From Tubiluchus corallicola (taxonomy: Eukaryota > Animalia > Priapulida): a stretch of 64,000 bases of DNA. Of the stretch, positions 55,602 to 64,000 are shown piece by piece (within the stretch, counting starts at the first letter, position 1; each line of letters starts with the position of its first letter). Location of the stretch: NCBI GenBank assembly GCA_030141605.1, contig JAQGDQ010000292.1, positions 62,001 through 126,000 on the forward strand, in the 5' to 3' direction. The notes beneath the pieces were generated by a model. That model made no database searches, was not told the origin of the DNA, and saw nothing but the letters and a program-made list of their open reading frames with translations. The translations under genes were made by a program, and so were the position numbers.

Positions 55602-56495
55602 CTTATCTCCTCAAAGACGGATACATACGCATCAAACATGGCTGGACAGAAAGGAATTACAAATTTTATAGACATCCAATTTATATTGTTGTATTTTCAT
55701 CATGCTTTTCTTTTTAACATTTGCCTTGTCCTGCCACCTTCAGGTGTTTTTGCTAAAATTGCTACATCTTGCTCTTTACTGTTTTAATGTTCATTGACTT
55801 CCACAGCTGACATGTATGTATAATCTCTAACCTGTTTTCACACTTGAGCTGATTTCACCTGTAATTTTGGTCATTTGTTTCCCTACTTTCGACATGACAC
55901 TACTTCAGAATTGAATTTGCAGTGAAATAAAATCTTAAAGCTAAATTCAGGTTTCTTCAAGCGAATGGGATAAGATAACTCTTCCAATTCAGTGTCTCAT
56001 CTCAGAGAATTATTCTGATAATTAGCTATATTTCAGTCCTGCTACAACATGAGAAGTTAGCCATGCTGCTGAACGCTGGAAAGTGCCAAACAGTAGAAAA
56101 AATTATTCAGCTTATAAATTAATCACAATAAAATTTCTTATCACTGCATTAAATTTCTGTCGGCTGTAGATACGTTATGCAGTATTTATATAATGGTCCT
56201 TTATTGCAACAGCACATCAAAATGTAAAAAAAAATAACTACTAGCAGAAACATTTCAGGTAAGACATTTTTCGTCATACGTGTCTCAAGTCTTAGCTTGC
56301 CACATGTAATAATTAGTAAAGAATCAGCACTAATATGTGGTGTGTATGAGAAAGAAAATAAGATAACCTAACAAATTTATGGTTAAACTGCAAAATTAGT
56401 GAAGCAGCTGTCAGTGGCCATTGTCAGTGGCTACAGATAAACATCTGGAAATAGATAAGTTAAAGACAACTTAGATCTATGCAACACAAAAAATG

Positions 56496-57431
56496 TTAAA
56501 TATAATGGTCTGGAACAAACATGACTGGCATGTGAGGTCTTGTTGCTCTTTGCTTTTCTAACTCAAATCTGTTTCGTTCCAACAGTAATCGTTCCTCCTC
56601 AACTCTTAACCGGTGTCGTTCCACATCCAGACGCAGCTTCTCGACTTCTAATCGTTCCCTTTCTGTGTTAAGACGTTCCTTCTCAAGATGTGGTAATGTC
56701 TTTGGAAAATTTCTGCCTGACAGTTTCAAATCGGCAGAAACAATAGGCACAGTGGATGGACGATGTGGTAGCTTACTGATGTTATTATCAGGTGTAGAGG
56801 CATTGTTGCTTGCTAGTGTAGCTCCTCTTACCAATGTTGGCATTTGTAAAGCAGGAAGAGTTGTATATATAGGAGAGCTTATGTTTGATGGCACAACAGA
56901 TACACTACTGTCAGCATCATTAATTTTGCCTCTTATCAGTTTTGGCATTGCTAACATTCTACTGTGAAAATTCTCACTGGCAGGAGACATGCTGGATATA
57001 ATGTCCAAACCATCACATTCAGTTTTTCCTCCTGCATTAGTGGTTATGGGATCTTCATCAATTTCTACATCACTCCCTTCAGGTTCAGTTTTTATCATTA
57101 TAGGGTGATCGTCATTTTTGTGATTGTCCCCAACAAAGGAATTCAGTATTGCAGTTACTGTGCACTGATCTTCACAGTTACTATGTTCCATACTTGTAGA
57201 CAACTTGTCATTTCGTGACTGTCCTGTAAAGTAGGTGTTAATTACAGCTAACACTTTCTGTTCGTTTGGCGTCAGTTGTAAACGTTTGCTAGTTGGTTCA
57301 TCAGATGATGCATTCTTGATCTCAGCTAGCCTGTGTTTCATGTTAACTCTTTTCTTTGTATCACTCTGATAATATGTCCACTTAGACCGACATTCGCTCC
57401 ATGTTCTCTTGTGCTTGCTGACCATATTCAC
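56496..57431 (-). CDS. MSANTD4-like coding exon 2
   Basis: tttgtgttttggtag acceptor and a 311-codon ORF to TAA; AATAAA candidate at 56200-56205. Confidence 0.9.
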   Translation of the reverse strand: MNMVSKHKRTWSECRSKWTYYQSDTKKRVNMKHRLAEIKNASSDEPTSKRLQLTPNEQKVLAVINTYFTGQSRNDKLSTSMEHSNCEDQCTVTAILNSFVGDNHKNDDHPIMIKTEPEGSDVEIDEDPITTNAGGKTECDGLDIISSMSPASENFHSRMLAMPKLIRGKINDADSSVSVVPSNISSPIYTTLPALQMPTLVRGATLASNNASTPDNNISKLPHRPSTVPIVSADLKLSGRNFPKTLPHLEKERLNTERERLEVEKLRLDVERHRLRVEEERLLLERNRFELEKQRATRPHMPVMFVPDHYI

Positions 57432-59036
57432 CTACCAAAACACAAACAAATGCCAGTGTCAATAATAAATACACGTCAATTGTATTCAAACAATTCTATC
57501 TTACTTGTAGCCAAAACGTCTGTTAAAAATATTATGTTTTGTAACTAGAATGGCACAAAAAATACGATGGCATTAAGTTACTTTATCTTATTGCTTTGTG
57601 ATTAATAATTTTGAATGCCTACAGAAAACTGATATAATTGAATTATTCTCTGTTAAGCAGGCTGGCACAAACAAATTTCATTCACCTAGATTTTTTTTAA
57701 AACACTGCACCCCAGATAATAATATTGGCTTCCTCTAACCTGGCTTCATTTAGCTTCCATTAACATAGCTTCATGAAATCAAACTTTAGCACAGCCGAAG
57801 GCAGAAGCATGCTTTCTTGGTCTTATCAGTGTTTATAATGAAGTAAATTATCTAATAAAACCATCATCCCAATTTCATCGCCATTTAATAGCAGCAATGA
57901 CTGGCATCTTATTATCCCTGAATAATATTTTGAGGACCCAAAGACATCTATTATAATTATAAAATGAAATCTAAATAACTGAACAAATTTGAGAGATAAT
58001 TGTTCGGTAAAAAATAATAAACACATGTACACATGTAAATGAACACAAGCTTAGTAGTTTAAGCTCATTACTATAGTCTAAATTTCTTTGTTTACATTTA
58101 TCCTTTTACAACAACAGCAATTCCAGCTTACTGACACCTCACCCCACCCCACCCCACCCCACCCCTGCCACACCAATTACCTTGCAGAGAGAAAAAATTA
58201 CTAAGACACCTCTGTTGGTTCAGTATCTCGTCCTAGAGGATTTTCCTTGATAATGACCAAGTTCCGGTTTTACCACAGCAATCCAGCATTAGTAGTGTTA
58301 AGTGATGCATTCTGGCTTGGATAGTGTAAACTGTATGAAAAAGAACCAGCGGCTGTCTTCATGGCACCATATAAAATATTGTCAAAAAGACTGTTTTCTA
58401 GCCAACTAGGTAGCAGCACCATACAGTATAAGCATAAACTTGATTTTAAATAATATTTCAGTTAGAAAATTTACACCACGTGTGTTAATATTTTGCTAAC
58501 GGAACCATGGTCAGAGGGTAAGGCGCTGCAAAATTAGTAACCAAACTCCATACCAGGAATTGTGTGCCATTACGAAGAAACTTCACATCAAACAGTGCGC
58601 AACAGTGCTTCAGAAGAAACACTCCCATTCAATGCACAATTCATCAATGACTTTAACTAAAATAGGGCGCCAGCACGGCAAATAGTGATATGATAGTATG
58701 TTTTGTAACATAACGACAGATATTCAGGGAAGCTTATAAGCCGGTACGTCTTTAAACAATGGAATACCTTGCAGTTAACTACGTCGCTTTACAAACTTTT
58801 TTTAATAAATAAACGCAGTTTCTTTCACGTTACGACCCTCTTTATATGCTACGACATACCTTTTCGCTGATTGCTGTCCACGCCTTGCGTTTTTTCTCTG
58901 TCATTCCAACTGCCTGTCTGCCATACTTCTCAAACAAAACACTTGCCTCGCGAGCTACTTCGTCCACTAGAACGTCCACTTCCACAGGCGCGAACTTAGG
59001 ACGTCTTGTCAACTTCTCGCACGGCGGACGAGACAT
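56496..59036 (-). CDS. MSANTD4: Myb/SANT-like DNA-binding domain protein, MSANTD4-like (orthology not established), 2 coding exons, about 370 aa
   Basis: Exon 1 (59036-58860) MSRPPCEKLTRRPKFAPVEVDVLVDEV...LF...KRKAWTAISEK|gtatgt joins exon 2 (57431-56496) tag|VNMVSKHKRTWSECRSKW to form a Myb_DNA-bind_5-type domain (R..F...E...L.....W..I...VN.....RT..EC+.KW). It also has an IKTE SUMO-like motif and a C-terminal E/R/L coiled coil (LEKERL..ERERLEVEKLRL) as in MSANTD4. Confidence 0.88.
58860..59036 (-). CDS. MSANTD4-like coding exon 1
   Basis: 59 codons from ATG to AAG|GTATGT, phase 0. Confidence 0.85.
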
Positions 59037-59084
59037 TGCGTTAAAAGTGGTCAAACGATACAAATGTGAGTAAAATTACACGTG

Positions 59085-59240
59085 CAACGCCGCCATTGCA
59101 AACTGTGCAAGACGTCGTTTTGCGAGCGAGAAGGCTGCATGCGATCTATATTTAGCTCGCTGTGTATATAATATAACGAGCGGTGTAGACTAAAGGTCGT
59201 TGGTTACGCCTAGCCGCCTGCTTGTTTCGATCTACAGCAA
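59085..59240 (-). promoter_or_regulatory. Probable promoter/5'UTR of the MSANTD4-like gene
   Basis: Locally CpG-rich, with a YY1-like CAATGGCGGC motif at about 59089-59100 just upstream of the ATG. Confidence 0.4.
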
Positions 59241-61426
59241 GACGTCTTGCCTGTACGATAACGACATCTGTAAAGCAACAGCGAAGCTTATTTTTTCGCT
59301 CAATTTAAACGTAGAAAAAAATGCAAAACTTATTATACTGTTGTTATGTTCATCATTATCCATTCATAATTACTAAAATGCAAGTATATCAGAATTCAGG
59401 AGTACAACAATAACGGATATTATAGCATTATGTTGTGGGTCTGCTTTGCGGTGTAAGTGAGCCTAGCAGGTAGCTACTCAAATTTGAACACCGAACACGT
59501 ATTTGCGTGATCACATAAAGGAATAGTAGGAAACAGTTGGGTGTTACAAATAAAAATAATTATTTTGTATTATCGAACATTCAGTACTTTTTGATAATAA
59601 AGTCCACAGAGAAAATCGAAAACTCAACAATGAAATTTTATTTTTTTATTCATTGAAATATTTGTATAAACAATAATAACCATTTTATGTCATCAAATAT
59701 TTAGTACTATTTGATAATGCCGTTTACAGAGGAAGTGAAAGATTGCAATAATATCTTTCATACATTGATCTATTATGTTTGTATAACTACCTAACTCCGG
59801 AATTGCATAGAAGTTAGGCAGTTGCTGTTAGAGTTCCCAAAATGACTGTAAAACGAAAATTGTAATGTAGTATTATTTAAGCTAAATATAAGCCTGAGGC
59901 CACTGTGCACACACTTGTAGCTGTGTAATCATTAGTTTAGCAATGATTAAGTTTTTTGCAACTGAATAACTCACACTTATTATAGGAAATTAAGATTGAT
60001 TTCAGCAAGCTTTCTTGTGGATGTCTTGACATGGTGGCGCCTCCCAGTGAATGTTTACAGAGACGGGGCTTCAGCAGCTAAGCATTCGCGGGCCATGGCA
60101 GGAATCCTGGGAAAACTTTGTCAGGTTAATTATTCCGAGTTGCAGTATGCATCTCCTTGAAATTAATCTCGTAAGTGAATTTCAATTCTAGGAATGGCTT
60201 CGTTCTATTCTTCTTCTAGTTACCCTGCTTACTTTTTTGTTGTCCCCTTTTCAATTTTGACTTGCCTATTCATAGTTGGTTGAAGTGAATGCCGAATGCA
60301 GTCAAACCTGGATTGGGTTTATCGGTCATACTGCCTTGTTTTGTAAGAATCTTGTCAACTTAACGTAGAAACACTTTATATGTGCACAAAAATAATAAGA
60401 GATAGTTAGCACAACAAGGTTTGTTAATAACAATCAGATCTCGGAAACCCAGATATAGCTGTCTTTATTTGCTTATGAATACACAATAGTTTTCATTAAT
60501 TTTAAAAGTATGGGTACGTTTTGATCGGTTAAGTTCTAATCCGATTTTCGATTATATCAATAAAACTTTGAACTGCATTTCATTTATTTACTCGTACTTA
60601 TGTTCATCGTAGTTAGACTAGTTCAGACAGTTAGCTAGACAGGTAAAAGTAAATTTTCATAGGAACATCAACATCTAGAATCTCTTGGAGTTGCAAACTT
60701 GCAGCTCTGTGCTCTTTCGGTTTGAGCCTAAATGCCACAATGAAATCCGTGAGCTACAAATAAATTCGCTGTTCCCCCCCCCCCCCACTCCCCCTACAAA
60801 CAAAAACAGCGCAGTCGTCTTATTGTAGAAAACGTAGACTAATTTATTGTAATGCAATTATGTCTCCTTGAAATGGAGGTAAAGTCGTAGCATTTTGTAC
60901 ATTTGTTGTCGTCCTAGTCATCATTATCATTTTTAATTTTATTACAATGTTATGTTTGTTTTAATGTACAAAATGTTTTAATGCTCTTGTTGTCGTTCTT
61001 GTCCTTGACGTTGTTGTGTTGTGATGTTTCTATGGTTGTCGCTACCATTTTCATTTTTTCGTTGTTGCTATCCTTGCTGTCCTTGCAATATCAGACTTGT
61101 CATTGGCATTGCCCTTATGACTGCCATCGCTGTCGTCATTGCTGTTGCTATTACTTTTGAGTGTTAGGTAAGCAATGATTACAGGTTTAATTATTACAGG
61201 TTTTGAATGTGCCCGTAATTTAATAAATGAAAGCATTGAAAAATTGAAATAATTAATAAACGAATGCCTGAGCGAATGGTGAACGAATGAACAACGACAA
61301 ACGAACGAACGTGCATACCGATGTAGAAAGGAAAGGAGGAAGAAAGCATGTAGAGAGATAATTGAGGTAATGTATAAACAAGCAAATGAGTAAGGAACTG
61401 GACAATTATCAATAAGCTAGTTAATA

Positions 61427-61461
61427 ACTATAACAATAATGATGGTGATGATGATGATGGT

Positions 61462-61494
<33 letters not shown>

Positions 61495-61527
61495 AATAAT
61501 AATAATAATAAAAGAAGAAGAAGAAAC
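61427..61527. repeat. Compound microsatellite (GAT)n(AAC)n(AAT)n(GAA)n
   Basis: Directly visible. Confidence 0.93.
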
Positions 61528-63444
61528 ATAACTGGCATGAGTTGAGATTTTCTGCTGTTGGTTGGTATTGTTATTCTTAACGTGTTTCTAACATTAAGAA
61601 TTTATTGGATTTATAAGCAGGATGTTTCTAGCTGATTGATTCAATTTGATTGGTTTACTCGATGCCCTTAATGGTCTAGCTGCAATCTGATTTTCTACTT
61701 TCAATTATTCCTCCTGTTTAACTTACATTGTAAGTTAAATTCTGAAAACTGACGAATTTCTCTCTCCAGCTTTTGGCAACTGAATTTAAGAATGCATTGT
61801 TTTGTTTTCTCTGTGGCTTGACAAGACGCTCTCTGCATTCGCGTTTCTGAAAGACGACGCAGTCGTTTCTAAATTGCACTTCCTTATCTATAATCGTCAT
61901 TCCAGCCAGTTGATTGTTCAAGCCAATCGAGTTTAAATTTTGCTCGGATATCCAACGAATTATTCGAGAAAATAACGCAGCCTGCTGTGATTTTTTGCTG
62001 CATTCAATCAATAGTGTGCATTGACATGCAGTGGTCATTTATTGAATGAGTCTATGCAGCAACTGAAGCCATTTAGAATTAGGTGTTGACGTACGGAGCT
62101 CGAGTTAATTCTGATTCGGTTCTTCTGATTAAACCTATCCAAATTCATTCGCATTTTTCATTGTACTTATTAGTTGCAGAAGCAGACGTGTTTTCACGTA
62201 CGTGACGTCATAGCTCAAACTGTGCGCGTGACGTAACAGAATTAGCCTTACATGTGTCGCCAAAAATCACTGTTTATTCGAGGGTAATGTAAACGTGAAC
62301 ACTGTTTACTGTAAAAGTAAACTATCGTTCTGCTAAAAACTATTTACATCATTGCAGCGTCGGTCATTAGCGGGTAAATTATAAGAATACATTGTACGAA
62401 AGCTACAAGTAGTGACGTACGCCTTAAGCGTAATGCATTCTGAACGTGATAAATGTGATTACTGAAAGAGATTATTGCCCCAAGACTTTTCGCAAACATT
62501 TTTGATATTAACAACGAATTTTTCAAGTGACAAATACAGCTTACACGAAAAGTAGATTACGTAATCGCAAACAAAACAATTGAATTTTTGTGCTTGTCTC
62601 CAGTTGTAACGCCGAAGTTGTAAATTTTCCCGAAAATGCCTTCTATGGTGGTTGTTGGCTTTGTCTTTTTGTTTATCATTGTACTCATCGTTATCATTCT
62701 TCTAATTATATTGTGATTCTTGCAAAGCTGTAGTCACAAAGGAGTGCTTGCTAAAAGTAGATTGAAAACTGTCAGGTAAGATTAGAAAGTGGCTTAACGA
62801 AAAATAAAACATTGCACTGAAATACGAGATTCTTTTTAACTAAGCCAGATTAAATGAAAGCTCATATATTACATGGAATTATGTTGTTTACTGGCTTCTC
62901 TAAATTTTAGAAAAATGTAACTTTAACGTAAAGGAAATTAAACACAGTAACAATATTTTGAGTAGTCCAAAGCACAACACTGATTTTTAGGACCTAATAA
63001 AAGGACCTAAATTTTATTATTTTTTTAATGTGTTTGTTATATGTAACCACATAATGATATAACTGTTACTACATGTATGCTAATCATATTCTACATTCAC
63101 GTTTAGTTAACCTTTTCTGGATTACTCTTCAGCAACAATTTTCTTTCTTGTTGTCTTTCCTGCAGCAGCATCAACCTCTTTTACCCAGTCACCATTTCTA
63201 TGCACTTGCATAATATGTGACATATAACACGTACAGCAACTGCAGGTTCTATTACAATAGAAAATCTAAGTCTCCTGATTCATTATGAAACTAATTTCCT
63301 GCGCACAAAGCAGCAATATGATGAATTAGTGGTTACAATTGCCACTAATTGGCAATTTATTCAGAGCTGATCTAATATTGCTACAGGGTCTTCGTTAGTT
63401 TCCTAAAAGACCCACGTTGGTAAGCTGTGCTGGATTGTCTACAT

Positions 63445-64000
63445 CTACATCTGATCAGGCACTGTCTTTTTGGGTGACTCTTCAAGATGGCTGCTATACA
63501 AAGGTGATACCAGCAACTCTGCGATCTCATTCTCTACTGCCTTACTGACATGGGAATCTAATCGCAATGTCATCTGATCATTCTGCTTGTTATCTATCTT
63601 CTCGAGTGCACATTCTGATGTTTCCTCTAACACGTTTTCTGGTTCGCTGTTATTTTTCTGAGCAGTTCCAGGTATTGGTGTGTTACTTTCAACACTGTCA
63701 ACGCTTGGTTTTCTTTGAGTCTTCGCAAAATGATGATCAGATGAGTTTTCCAAATCGTCACCAGGTTGAGCTGGATCGTCTACATCTGCAGCCGGTAGAG
63801 GACTACTTTTATTGATTGCCTCCGCCAAATGACTGTCATGCAAAGTTGCCGGATGAACAACTACCACCTCATTTTCTACACCAACAGTGACCTGCATGGA
63901 ATATGGTGACAGCATTTGCGGATCATTTTGTTTCTTGTCCAAGTTCTCAGATGCAGATGTTGGTATTTTATCTAATACGTTTTCTAGTTCCATGTTGCTT
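63445..64000 (-). CDS. Low-complexity acidic Ser/Asp/Glu/Pro-rich coding segment
   Basis: 182-aa ORF with the duplicated module ENVL...E.LD.KQND.......VENE; open to the window edge. Confidence 0.6.
   Translation of the reverse strand, partial: SNMELENVLDKIPTSASENLDKKQNDPQMLSPYSMQVTVGVENEVVVVHPATLHDSHLAEAINKSSPLPAADVDDPAQPGDDLENSSDHHFAKTQRKPSVDSVESNTPIPGTAQKNNSEPENVLEETSECALEKIDNKQNDQMTLRLDSHVSKAVENEIAELLVSPLYSSHLEESPKKTVPDQM

Larger units (their letters stand above)
60631..64000 (-). pseudogene. 5'-partial disrupted gene: acidic repeat region, B-box-like remnant and putative C-terminal death-fold-like domain
   Basis: The acidic ORF 63993-63445 has an internal repeat that continues in another frame. 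Phase-compatible downstream candidate exons are 62727-62561, 62402-62348, 61984-61727 (donor GTAAGT) and 60753-60631 (tttatttgtag acceptor, TAA, AATAAA at 60583-60588). Confidence 0.45.

Overview
AT-rich eukaryotic (animal, probably marine invertebrate/lophotrochozoan-like) genomic DNA with GT-AG introns, many microsatellites and many transposon relics. There is no prokaryotic operon structure and no CRISPR array. Genes I can support: (1) the last 13 coding exons (181-14315, +) of a type I membrane protein built as F5/8-type-C (discoidin), 2x PAN/apple, 2x C-type-lectin-like, Thr-rich stalk and TM; the manually spliced frame is open for about 815 codons and the 5' end lies upstream of the window; (2) a GT61 (beta-1,2-xylosyltransferase/EOGT-like) pseudogene (44689-46133, -); (3) a 2-exon MSANTD4-like Myb/SANT gene (56496-59036, -); (4) the 3' part of a disrupted gene with acidic repeats, a B-box-like remnant and a possible death-fold C-terminus (60631-64000, -); (5) an orphan signal-peptide exon (50652-50737, +). 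Mobile elements include a near full-length decayed RTE-X-like LINE (about 17.4-21.9 kb) whose ORF1 begins with a damaged 2A/StopGo-like motif (LIML...VESNPGP), further LINE fragments, two hAT elements with 8-bp TSDs, an IS3EU-like foldback element with nested insertions, Kolobok-, Ginger- and Tc1-like MITEs, Helentron-like fragments and two 5S-rRNA-derived fragments. All calls come from manual reading and motif recall; no database searches were run. I found no clearly new multi-gene system. The best leads are the 2A-bearing LINE, the lectin receptor with an inverted intronic repeat pair, and the decayed B-box/death-like gene.
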